Positions 10,473 to 23,278 of a stretch of DNA of 58,750 nt are shown one piece after another. A program made the translations under genes and the position numbers. The DNA lies in assembly GCA_977016875.1 (NCBI GenBank), contig CDRNST010000540.1, positions 124,001-182,750 of the forward strand. The letters run 5' to 3'. Within the stretch, counting starts at the first letter, position 1. Every line of letters starts with the position of its first letter. The notes under the pieces are model-generated. The model was not told the origin of the DNA, did not search any database, and saw only the letters and a list, made by a program, of their open reading frames with translations. This stretch comes from Pavona decussata (taxonomy: Eukaryota).

Positions 10473-13400
10473 TTACAGTCCTAAGCACAGTTCAAGTCTG
10501 GTCAACAAGTCAGTGGCTTTTTTGAACGCCTCTTGGGCTTGCTGGGAGTCTTGGAACACCTCCTTTGGGGTTCTTGCTGGCACGTGTTTGTTAGGATAAC
10601 GGGTGGTATCGTAGTAGCTGGCCAATGGTGCCACCAGGGATGTCACAGCTGGGCCTCCTGGCAGCAAAGAGAGATCATACGCCAACTTCACCAAGTCGTG
10701 ACTACACAGCTGGCTGTCGGCGACTCCCGAGAGTGCATAAAGTGCTGCTTTGAGAGCCTTCTCTGCGACTTGATGACACTGGAAGCACACGAGGTAGAAC
10801 GGCGGATCTCGGACAGTCAAAAGAAGTTTAACGGAACGAAGATCCTCTTTACTTTGATCCATCCAAATCCTTGACAAACGTTTGTTGGGCCCCGCGTAAC
10901 GTCTGCTGGATGATGACGCAAAACCAGTGAATCTCGGGTTGTGGCGACGGAAATTCTCGTAGCTTGAGCGCTGTCGTCGAGCTCTTTCATGCCAACGTCT
11001 AAAGAAGTCGTAATCCGGCTGTTCCCTCGCGGAGTCAGGTTCATGGTGTTCTGATCCACCTTTGGATAACCTATCCCATTCGTTTTGGATGAACTTCATG
11101 ACTTCGTTTGCAATGTGTTGCATGTCCATGTTCTTGTCTGGGTGCCAACGGAGATAGAGGCGTTTGAGCGCCTTTTTTCTTTTGTCCTCGGGAAGTTTCC
11201 AGATTTCAGCCAAAGCTTTACGCACCTCTTCTATAGCGTCTTCCAACTTCCTAGGCTTGGGAGGTTCGGTAGCTGCTGCAGATGATGTTGACGGCCCTTC
11301 TTTAGTTTGACCACTTTGTCCAGGGTCTCCTGTGTATGGCACAAGCTCCATTGACTCTGAAACAGGCTCGTCTTCCATTGAATTTTCCTCCTCGAGATTT
11401 TGTTGCGGTCTCCTGATCTTGTAGAGGTCTAAGACATCCACTTCTTTATTCTCGCCGCCAATATCTATCATGTATCTGCTGAGAAGGTCGTTTTCTCCTT
11501 TTTGCTTCCTCTCTTGACTGTCCTTTTTTTGTTTGCTGGGCTGTGATGTTTCCACTCGATGCAGAATCTTTGCATAGATGTACTTGGGTTCTTCGTCAGT
11601 AGAGTCTTCTCTTTCAAAGGCAACAAACTCTCCTTGCCGAAAATAGAAATCTCCGTACTGCACAAGGAGGTAGTGGAGCTGTTCGGGAAATTCTGAGCCA
11701 AGTTCGGGCTCCAGGCACTGTGCTTCACCTTCTTCGTGGTCTTCCGTCACTCCAGCGTTGTCAAGTACGGAAGAAATGTCATCAGGGGATTCGCATTGTA
11801 GAATTCCTGCCAGATGTAACCAGCTTTCTTTGCTGATGTGACATCCCGTCAGATAGTTTATTTCTCTACAGATATCAAAGCATGCTTTACTGGACTCTAC
11901 ACCGTGTTGAATGTATATGTGCTTTGTATCATTTTCTTGCCCTACAAAACAACCTGAGTACTTTGGTCGTCGGCTTTTTGGAATAGGTGTATCTGTTCTT
12001 TTGTCCATTAACTCTGTGGACAACTCTTCCATGCAACTGATGCGTAGGCCCTTTTGGAAGCTACGAACGTTGTTGCGGACGTCTTCTGTAAGTTTGGCTT
12101 TTTCATATTGAGACTTCAGGATTCTCAAAATTCCGTTGACAAGTTGCTGAGAATACAGTATGTGACGCAGGCGATCTGTAGCCTGGCATTTCTGCTCTAC
12201 ATCGGCTCGGCATCTCTTCTCTCTACATTCAGGATGAAGTTCTTCTCTTACCAGTGTTCCCAAGGATTGGGTCCTCAAGTGGCCTGGCAAAAGCTCGACA
12301 ATTTGCGGTGGTTGTGCAAACGATAAATCATATTTTATCAGTTCATCTAGGAACTCAAACATGGAATCTGACAACCGATACTTGTATTGAGGACAGTCAA
12401 AAAGCACCAAGTCTGTTGAACGTCTAAGAGCCTGGTCACTGTTTGGAAGGTACAGTTTGTCAATCTTAGCCAAGGGATTTTCGTACTGTTTATCTCCATG
12501 TCGTCCTTTTAAAGCGAACAAACTAGAAAACAGTCCAAAAACAGCTTGTTTTGCGGCCCTCATCTCATTGGCGTGCATCTTCTCGTCTCCGCATGACTCT
12601 CTAAGATTACTCAAAAGTTTGGCAAACTGCACAGGTGTTGCTTTCTCCATGGCTCCAAGTCGTTTGAACAAGTGCTCAAAAGTCCCGTATTCTCGAGGGA
12701 CTCTGTACAGATAAGGCGGCAACTCTTCATCGAGTTCATAAGCTAACTGGTCACAACGGACGAACACACGCCCATCCTCGACAAGAATGCAAGGAATGGA
12801 AGAAAGGCGTTGCGTCAATGTATCACATATCTTTGAACACGACTCAGAATGATCACTACTCGTGCAGCCACTAGCTTGTGTGAGAAACGTGTAGACTTCA
12901 ATCATTATTTGACTCAGCAATCGGCGTCTTGGCTTTGGTATCTCTCGATCTGCACGCTTGGAGACCTGCTTCGAAAGATTTATTACGTTGTCAATGACCT
13001 GATTCAAGGAGGGCTTCTGGAGAACCTGCAACTTTGCTAACTTTGAAGACTTTGGATCTGGAACAGCCCAGGAAGGCAGAAGAGACGCAGTTGTCCATAC
13101 TAGCCTCTCTTGAGTGTCTGGGACTGAATCCTTAAATTGCGTAAATGGAGGAAGTTGCTCCTGACTTCCACTCTCAACCAAATGCTGTTTGTGAAGGTGA
13201 ACTAGCTCATCACTTGCTGTTTGCGAAGCCACAAACTTGACTGTAGAGAGGCTACACAGATAGTTTTCATCGTGCAGCGGTTTTTCTTTCAGAAGGTGTG
13301 TAACAAGCACGTTGGATTTCTTTTCCAAATCAAGACGACTTGCCTTGTTCGCGTGCGTTGCTTGTGTGGCCACCTCGTTAGCAAAAGTTTTGAACTCATC

Positions 13401-16400
13401 TTTGCTGACTTCTTGTTTCAGCCCAATTTCACGAAGAAGATTCAACCAGCCAGACTTTTCGTCAAAAGGAAGTGGTGGCTTTAACTCTGGGGGTAGCATC
13501 ACTGCAAAAACTTTCACGCCTGGATCATAAAAATGCGAAGCCGTGTGCGGTGTTTCGGAGGCATCTGGAATGAATGCCAGACGTCTCAGTGCATTAATTA
13601 TCCTGGGACGTTGACTCTCAATGCTAACTCCCAGCAGGGATCGTCTAACGTACTCAAGATGAAGCATTCGCGTTGATTGCTTGAGGATTGGAAACTTTGG
13701 AAAAATGAAGTTGACGTAACAGTCCGTGTGGCTTTTATCCCCGGCACCTAAAAGCTCTCTGTACAGACGGTCCAACTTGGGTTCAGGTGCCAAGAACACG
13801 CAGTTGTTTCCGTCCATCCAGACGTCCGATTCGTCCGTTGGTAGACCTGTTGGGACGACATAAATTGATGGAACATTCTCAAGGGGGACAAAGGTTCCAC
13901 GAAACGTTTTGAAGAATGGCAGTCGTTTTACAGTTGAAAAAGACACAACGTCCCGTTTCAAAGAATTAGCATCTTCTTGAAGGAACTGTAGAATCAAGAT
14001 CATTTCATCTTTATAAAGGCTACCAGAGATGTCTGTTTCTTTCATCAGGTGTTCCAACACTTTCACTATGTCTTGTGTGGAGTTGGGCTGCGACAGACAT
14101 GATTTGAGAATGACAGATACATTCCATCTACCATCATTGCTAATGAGCTTGCCATCAACCTCGTGGCATTTGAGTTTTCGTAACAGCTTGACAACGTTTC
14201 TTTGGCCGGACGACCATGCGTCTGAGGTGGTCAAGTCAAGGATTGCCTTTCCTTTGGAAATTGGAGCTAGCATTCCTGATTGAGTAGGTAGGATTGGCCA
14301 TCTATTCAACGGCTCAAGAGAAAACGTCTCCGAGTCTTTATCGTGGATTTTGACCATAAACTCCCACAGTAGCTGTAACCACTTCTTCGAAGGGCCTTCA
14401 TTCACATCCCATGGGATGAGGTTGCTTGTTGCACACCAACTGGCGTTTTCAGTACTTCGTAAGAGTGATGCGAGAGCAGGGATGTCAAATTTTTTGAGCA
14501 CCCGTTGATTCGTGGCAAAGACTTCTTTCTCAATGTCAAGTAAAGACATAGCAAGTGTGTGGTGGATAAATAGAGAACCTTTTTTTGGAACCAAGTCAGC
14601 AAAACGGCTCAGGAACACTGGGTTCTCTTCCTGAAAACGCCTGAGTACCCCATCTTCAGTCAGTAGCAAAGGCAATCCAAACATGTCTGATGCAAACTTG
14701 GCAGCCTTCATGCAGTAACTCAGAATACAAAGTACTCCCACCACTGAGTTAAGTGCTGTTTCTTTAACAGGAGAAGGTAGTTTACCGATGTTAGTCCGAT
14801 CTGTTTTGAGAAACTGAAGCATTACCTCAGGGGTAATTTGCCTTACACTTGTGCCCGCCTTCTTGAAGTCTTGAAAAAGTTGATGGGACGAATACAGGAG
14901 CTTAAAGCCAATTTGCAGGAACATGTTACAGCGTTTTACATCAATGTCGGCTGTCATTGGCATGGTGTTGAAAAATCCTTGTGAGGGAGTTATCCAAAAA
15001 CACCGAGTCACTTTTTCCCGGCCAATTTCGCCTGAAGTTTGACTTGCAGCCTGGCTGTTTTCCAGAGCTTCATAGAACGACTTCTTTACCATCGGTAGTA
15101 ACTTCTCATCTTGGTTACAAATCTTCCGAAATACTGACTCAGCCAAAATGGTCCACTGGTGATTTATTGATTCGAAATGAGGGAAGAGGTCGTGATACCA
15201 TCGCATTCCTTCATGGCAGGAGTACCCTCTGGAGAAGCAACCTACAGTATCATTTTTCAATCCAGGCAAGAAATCTCGTGCAACCAACATCAGTGAGACG
15301 TACGCTTGAGCTAACACTGTCGTCTTCATGAATTGATTCCACGTACTCCCAAATCCTTTATCATTCTCGTCGCGCCACAAGTTTCGTCGTGCAGAATCGA
15401 GGTAGAAATGACCATTGACATGGACAGGAAGACCTGTATTTACAGGTAATGGCAAAAAACAAAAAGCCCTATGTTTAGGCACTTTCCTGGCTCTGTAACT
15501 GGTTGATGGAAACTTGAACTGCTCTGACACCTTTGCTGCTATGCCACCGCGAGGTAACAAACCGTAATGTTGACCATCTGGAATTTCCTCCTCTTTATCG
15601 CTGGGCTTTAAACCAACGCACTGATGAATGAGCCATTTCTCTTCTCGAATGGTGTCTTGAACTAGTAGCGGGTATGTAATTCCGAACCAATCAATTTCAT
15701 TTGTGCCCACTGCCTTGGAGTTTTTGATGTGATCTGAAAGTTGCTCCCGCTGTAAAGCATGTTCATCTGTTAGCTCTGCAGAAACAGAGTATATTGCTTT
15801 CACTTCACCGTCTTCAATTTGAGAGAGTGAGATTTTTTTTAAATGGTTTAGAAACAGGAGGATTTCTTTCGCCTCATCGGTGAACATGTTCATGAAAGAT
15901 GCCATTTGTTGGTGGGAGACTTGCTCTTCTGATATTAATGATTCCATGGACATTTTCGGGCCTCTAAGAGGGAACCGGAACATTGTTGCAGATGTTAAAT
16001 CGAAATGTTCCTCAAGATAACAAGGAAATATGTCGCTGTAGTCGGATCGCTCTTCTTCTCTTATTGGTTCAATAAGACGCCCAGGACTTCCTTTTGTCGC
16101 ACCGGGAGCATAACGACAGTGAGGATCAAGGATACAAAGCGTGTCTCCATTGGAGATAAAGCTTGGACAATCGGTGAGGTGGTATACTGCGTTAAAACCA
16201 ATCCCATACTGACCTGTTTTCGTTGGATCTTCCGCTTTGCTTCCAATTCCTAGCCTCTGTATGCCTTCCAAATCCTTTTCTGAGAATGGCCTGTTGTTGT
16301 ATACGCACAATGCAGGACCTTGTAGTTCCTTCCAGTTGCTGCTTAAAAGTCGCTCTGTGGGATGGTTGCGAGGGTCATAAATAAAGTGTATCTCACTCGC

Positions 16401-19400
16401 ACCTGCATCGTCGGCGTTTTGGACAAGCTCCTTGAGGATCCCAACGTCGCAAGGATATGCTTTCAAAATGCCCTTCAAACGATCAGTAAGCTCCTCTCGC
16501 TGGCCAAATTCTTTTCCAATTGGACGTGATATTCTAGCCAATTTCTTCGCACGAATGTCGACCGCTCCCATCCTGTATGCAAGACTGATGGGCAAGTGCT
16601 TGTGAACATAAGCGGTATCACCTAGTGAAGTCACCCATGGTGCATCATTAATGGCCAACTCTTTAGCTGGACGAAGAACCTGGTTATGGTCCGGTAAAGG
16701 AATCATACCATTCTCCTTTTGCAGGACACCTTCTGGAACCTCTAACAGTTCTTCTATTAAAGATCGGGCAACTTTGAACTCCGAAGCAGATAAAGGATTC
16801 TTGTGCTTCTCTCTGCTGAGATTGTACAAAGCAGAGACGATGTCTTTTGTGTCGAAACGTTCTCGTACTCCTGTGGCCTGGAAAAGGCGATGGTATTTGT
16901 CGGCGAGACTCTTTGGTACTTCGTAAAGGTACGGTTGAGCAGTTCCTTTCCACGTAAAAGCAAGCTGAGTTGATGACACAAATTTTTCTTGGATTAATAC
17001 CCAGGATCTGTGGCCTAACTCTTCTATAATGGTCTCACAACCATGTTTTAAGAAAAGCTCTTGAAGATAGCTATATACTTTTTCGGTCACTTCTTTTAAA
17101 CGTTGAGCTTCAACTGGGTAGTACGGTGTAGTTTGAATTGCCTGGTCCAACTGAGCAAGGGCGTCTTGGTCTGTTGGCTTTCGAACGTTAAACCCAAAAA
17201 GATTACGTGTTTCTTCGCTAAGTTTTCCACAGCCCAGGCTCTTACTTTCATCAAGGATTGGCCTGGATGAACCTGCGACAAACTTATACTCTTCCCCGAA
17301 CATTTCCTCTGCCGACAGCATACTGATACCATTGTTGCAAACGTTGGACCCTTTCCATGGCATAGTGTAATTTGCAGGTTTCTTTAGGACCGGAAACATG
17401 CCAATTCTCCTAAACTCTACCTTTTTTGCTTCTGAGGGGGCCTCAAGTTTGACGAGATAGTCATTCATATACCTGACAAGACACTGAACTCTTTTTCGAG
17501 CATCTTCTGGAGCGTTTCGTCTGTAGATCATTGGCACGGTGTTAGCTCTCTCCAACAGAGTGTCCCAATCAAGGATGTCTGATAACATGCCCAGATATTG
17601 CAGCAGTAGGAGGCGCTCTTTGGTACGGTAGCACGTTCCAACCGGGAATCGCTGGTCGTCAGGTGTGAATAGGCTCGCTGCTGCGCCATTGGGATTTATA
17701 AGTTCTTTCGGAGATGCTAAATCGTCAGATCCTGGTCCACAAGGGATACAACGATTGTTTGAAAGCAAGGACTTGTAGAGATCAGATTGATGACTTGAAT
17801 GTCCTCTCAGGCACTCGTCGATCAAATAACAGACAATGGCATCTCGTAAATTACCAGGAATCTTGACGATGTTTGGAAAAAAAATCTCGCTTAGAAACTT
17901 CTCTTGCGTCATTGTTCGCGCTTTGATGATCTGCATGCATCCAGCCTGTTCGAATCCTTTCTTTGCAAACTTAGGCAGTTGCACCACTTTGTAATCAAGC
18001 AGTTCCAGGACGGTGTCGCTCATAGGAAGCTTTTGCAATGTTGCATCTTGAAATATGCACTTGGTAACAGGAAGCCAATCTTCCCCCACATGCACCAATG
18101 GAAGATCTAAGCTGGCAATTCTTTGATAAACACTATTGATGAGTGTTGTCCAGGCGGATGATTCTAGTGTCTCCGGATTTGGCCAAAGCGAGAAACTTCC
18201 GTACGACGGAATCTTTCCTTTCTTTTGCATGAGCATCATGTCTTCTAGAAGCTGAATGTAAGACTGAGATAACGCGTCGTCCATGAGGCTTCTGTTCCAT
18301 CGGACTTCTAATGGCTGGAAACCCCCACGTTCAGCTGTGGTACTTTCCCAGATTCCTCGGCGATTTGACGTGACTGCAAAATACCCGTTCACATGCACCG
18401 GTAACCCAGTTGGAATAGACAGGGGCAGGAAACAAAATAACTCGCCATGAACAGGCCCTGGGTTTAACAAGCCTTCTTCATTGCTGCTGGAGGAAATTCT
18501 TCCTGCTATTCCAGAGGCAGACAAGAGACCCTGTTTCTTGCCTTCTTCGCTCGTTGCAAGCTGAAAGGAATCGCCAGTTCCTAGACAGGACGCAATGAGC
18601 CAGGAGCAGCTTGCCTGACTCCCACTGTTCATCTTCGAGGAAATGGTTACAAACTCTGACCTTTTCGGGGGACTGGCTTTGTTTGGGATACTGCGTTGTT
18701 CAGTTGCTTGCCTTGTCCAAGTCGCACACGATTCGAGAAATGTAGGTTCTTTCCCTGATTTCGTTCCTGGTAGAAAAACGTTCACTGCTTCTCTTCTGAC
18801 CTCAAAAAGCACTCTAGGCGTTCCTGGATCTACGGAGTTCTTGTCCAACTCTAGGAATGCCACCCTTGTAACATTCTGGGAAAACAAAAGCAGGCTTGAC
18901 GAAGATTCTTGAAAAGCGCGTACGAGGCGTTGAATCTCTCCCTGAGTGTAAATCTTATCACTGATTTCTCCTCGTTTTGTCCGGAAGGGAAATCTAAACA
19001 AAGTTCCTTGAAAATGAAAATTGCCAGAACCTTCAGGTAAGTTAGTGTCACAGCCAAACAGCCCGTTGTATGGCACAAACTGATCAGGAAAATACATGTA
19101 ATTTGCCGGATTAACTGCGAGGTTAAGTTTGATTCCAGGCTTTGAGGGTTCCGATATATGCGCCTGCAGGTGAGTTGTGTGTGGATCAAAGAACACTGCA
19201 TAACTTCTGCTAATGAAACTCGGCACATCCGTGAAGTGGTAAACTGAGCTGAAACCTAGTCCAAATCGGCCTATCTTCTCAAGGTCTTCCTTCTTGGTTG
19301 CACCGGCTAACTTCGATATATTTTTAAAATCGTCGTCTGTGAAAACTGCATTGTTATACACCAACAAGGCAGGCCCTTGACAGTCCACCATACCATGCGC

Positions 19401-22400
19401 CAGTAGCCTTTCTGTTGGATGATTTCGCCAGTCAAGAGCAAATTGTACCTCGGTTGCTCCAGCATCATCTGCATTTTGAACAAGTTCTCTGAAAACGCCA
19501 ACCCCTTCCTTGTACTCATTTAAAATATTTTTAAGCCTTGTGGTTATTGGCTCGTGAGGGCCTGTCTGTTCAATTCCAAGAGCCTCTGCACATGTGACGA
19601 GCGTGCTAATAGGTGGAACACCTAAAAGTGCAGCAACGGTCGGGGAAATTGTGTCATGGATCATGGGAAATTGGCATGTTACTGGAAGTTCCGTTCCTCC
19701 TTTCTTTAACCAAGTCGCATCACAGAAGGTACACTCACTACAAGGGAGCAACTTCAATGTTTTATCCGAGGTCATAATGGGCACTAGTAGCGTTTGCCGA
19801 AGTTCAGAACTGAGCGGTTTGCCTTCTCTAACTATCCATTGGAGTATGTCACAAGAAAGTTTCCGGTTGCCAGCTACATCTTCTATCATTGCACCCGTTG
19901 TGTCGTACTTTTCTTTGATCATTGCGAGAACACTTAGCAGGTCTGAGTCACTAAATGTTTGACGAACACCACAGCGTTCAAGAAACGGACGGAGGACGTG
20001 AAAATCTTTTGGAACTGTGTAAAGGTAAGGATTCAAGTTAATATTGCAGGGGAGGGAAAACGCTATCTTGGATGGTGATGTAAATCCGTCGCCATGCCAA
20101 ATCCACGCTGGAAAAGCTGCATCATTAGCAATCATGCTAGTTACTAAGTCAGCGTTCTTTGCTGCCTCTTGATAGATATCTTTCAACATCGCTTGAAAAT
20201 GATACCTTTCACTCACGTCCATGACGTTCAGTGATGCGGAGCACGCGGAGCGGAGTTGTTCGAGAAGATGTTGGACAGGAGTGGTCTTGTTCCAACCAAA
20301 AACTGTTTCAAGTGCATGACTGCAGGGCTTCCAAACAAGCGGCACCGTTGCTCCTACCAGATTTGCTTTAGATTGGCTCATTACGTCACACGGTTTGAAG
20401 AAACGTTCTCTTCCCGAGAACCAAGGCATGACACTTGGATACGAAGGAGGACGATCCTCCTTTCGTCGGACCCATCTTTCGTTCATTAGCCCCTGAAGCA
20501 ATGTCCAATCCGACTTGAGTAAGGAAGGGTTTTGATCAAGGAACTCTAGCAGTGCTGTTGCCTTACGTGATGCGACACCATCAACGGAATTGTGCAGTGT
20601 TTTGGCAACTTGCAAAATGTCTTGGGTGTTTGGGGTACTCCTCATTCCAAGTTGCCGTAGTCTTTGGAGAATGTCATCTTTGACAAAGTTGTCATGTGGG
20701 AACTTGTTGGCATCGCCTTCAAAAAGTCGGTTTAAAATACGCTGCTGTGGATCAAGCAGTTCACAGGGCGTAACCAGGATGTTACTCTGAGTGAGGACAA
20801 AGCGAAGCTGACTTACTGATGAACGAAAAGAGCTGTCTTGCATGTAGTTGTACTGTCTGAGAACCCAGCACATCAATGTGGAGATTTGTTGGTGACTGAA
20901 AAAACCGTTCGTTATACCATCAAAGACAACTGAACTTAAGAAGGTTGTTGGGATCATTGGTGAGATTCTAAGACGTTGTAATAAGGCATTCGATTGGTCA
21001 TCATTCAGCGATATGATGCTGGCGGCGTTAGGTATTGGCAAACACTCGGGAAGCTGAAAGCCATATGGAGCGACCGTGCGGTCTTGAAATCCATCTTTTA
21101 TAGCAAGAAGTGATCTCCCATCAGCTGCGTCAAAAATGGGCAGACATTGAAGAAAGCATATCTGCTCAGTGTTGAAAGATGTCGTCGACGAAAGAAACTT
21201 TCGCAGCTCTCGTTTTTCTTCTGTGGAACAGCATGTTGAAACCATCAGAACACAGGTGTCTTTACCAAGCACTTGTAAGACTTTCAAGACACCATGAGGA
21301 TCTGGAGAGGTAACATATTTGTGCAGAGCGGAGTGATTTACGTATGGCGGGAGGTTCTCCACAACGATACACCCAATCTTCTTAAGTAACGATACAACAC
21401 GAGGTGGTAAAGATAGACCTTGCTGGTGCTGCCTGATAGCTAAACTCGATGCTCTTAGCTTAACTATCGTACGACTTCCGGAGGTGGTATGAGGAATCAG
21501 AGGCAAGTCTTCAAAAAGTGACAGATCGTTGGAGAAATCTCTTTGGATCCATTTCCATACCAAATTCAGCCAAGGCTCTGGCGGGTGACCATTTTGTCCC
21601 GGATTCCAGCAAACCAAATGGTTGGTACCAGACCATTCAGTTGGGAGCATCTGTCTCACAAGCTTTAGCGCAATGGTTTGGTTGACTTTGATGAGTTGTA
21701 TCGAAAGCATTGTGTGGAAGTTTTTCAAATCAGGAGCAGCATTTGACAAATATTTCACAGCAGGAGAAAGAATGCTGTCGTCCAGGAATTTGCTATCCAT
21801 GTTGTAAAAGAGAGAACGTGAATACCTTGGCGATGAAACATACACAGCAGCGCTCGGTTCTCTACTGTACTGAAGCGAGCGGAACTCGGAAAAGCTTCCA
21901 TTTGCCAGAGGAAGGAGAGGAACACCCTGAAAATCACTCAAGTTCTTGTCCTGTAGAACGTACTCAAGCAAATTAAGTTTCTTCGTTCTTGGAATACTCA
22001 TTATATTCCAGGATCCCTTCTGTTTCTTCTTGACAACGCTTCTTAGCTGTGTAGGCGAGATGCTATTTGTAGTCCACGACATGGAATCACTGGCATTTAG
22101 AACGTGATCGGGAAGAGTTACAACGGCTTCATTTGCTTGGGTGAGTGTTTCCAAAACCACATTTCTAACTTCGTTGGAGGCTTTTATTCTGTCAAGGTAA
22201 GCTTCTTGAGGTCTCACCCACTTGCCACCATCTGCCGGGGTCCAGAAGACGTTCTGTGTCATTAAAGTTGAAAACATAGGTTTTAGCATGTTTCTCCAGT
22301 GTTTCTGCACCTCTGGAATAGTTGGCCAGGATAGGTACACCAATTGTGCTTTTGTTGAGGAATCACCTGCTTCTTTCATTTGTTTATCCACCAGGTCGAG

Positions 22401-23278
22401 AAGCATGGAGGCGTAAGCTTGACTTCCAACTCGTTCTGACAACAGAACATTCCACTCAGCTGTTAGATCATTCTGACAGTCCAATCCAGGCCATTTGAGC
22501 CCACGTCGGTTGTCGGTTAACCCAAAGTAGCCATGAACGTGAACTGGAAATCCAGTTTTAGCGTCTGCATCAGGGGGAAGAGGCAAGAAGCAAAAGATTC
22601 TTCCTCCAGTTGATGGAAGAGCTTGGCGATCTGAGGCATTCAATGGTGTAGCAAATCCAACCCATGGAAGGAGGCCCAGTTCTGATGACAAGTGTTTAAG
22701 CCTTGAATCTCGAACGTCAATCTGATGGTAAACAAGCCACTTGTGATTCGCTAGGGAGCCTTGTTCATCCAACTCCTCGACAGATAAGGGCAGGGATAAT
22801 TTTGTGTTTGTGACACGCCCTTCGCTTAACAGCTTCACTTGCGTCAGAAGGGATTTCTTCTTTTCTCGAATCTCTTGTCGACAGCTGTCGCTCAACCTCA
22901 CGGTAAATAAATGCATTCTAATGTTGCTTTCATTTACTTCAAACAGAGTTATTTCTTCGATGTTCTTCAAGAAAAGGAGAATAACGGAGGCTTCCTTTCT
23001 GAGTGCATCAAATAGGTGTCGAACTTTCTCGGGGGTGTAATTCATTTTCGATAAATCGGATGGCTCACTTCGTAGCGGAAAGCGGAAAAGAGTTCCGTTA
23101 TAGAATTGCGTTGATATCTTGCAGTCCAGGACGTCCTCATACGGGATGAACTGGTCTCGGCATTGTTGAAGAAGCTGGTCTTTCAAAGAAAACTGTCGTC
23201 CTGTTTCACTTCTTCCAAAGTGTTTTTCGTGTGGATCAAGGAATGCTATAGCGTCTCCACTCACAATACTTGGGAGAT
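10473..23278 (-). CDS. SACS: Giant terminal coding exon of the sacsin-like gene (12,806 coding nt)
   Basis: Uninterrupted 4263-codon ORF in the ORF track, extended to the acceptor tttAG at 23280/23279; the stop is at 10473-10475. Confidence 0.95.

Noticed and set aside
10533-23040. Many 60-125 aa ORFs overlapping the sacsin exon on either strand
   Set aside because: Shadow ORFs of a long coding exon; none has recognisable motifs.
10473-23264. Giant intronless ORF as a horizontally acquired, viral or prokaryotic gene
   Set aside because: It is joined in frame to upstream spliceosomal exons and has the standard animal sacsin domain order.
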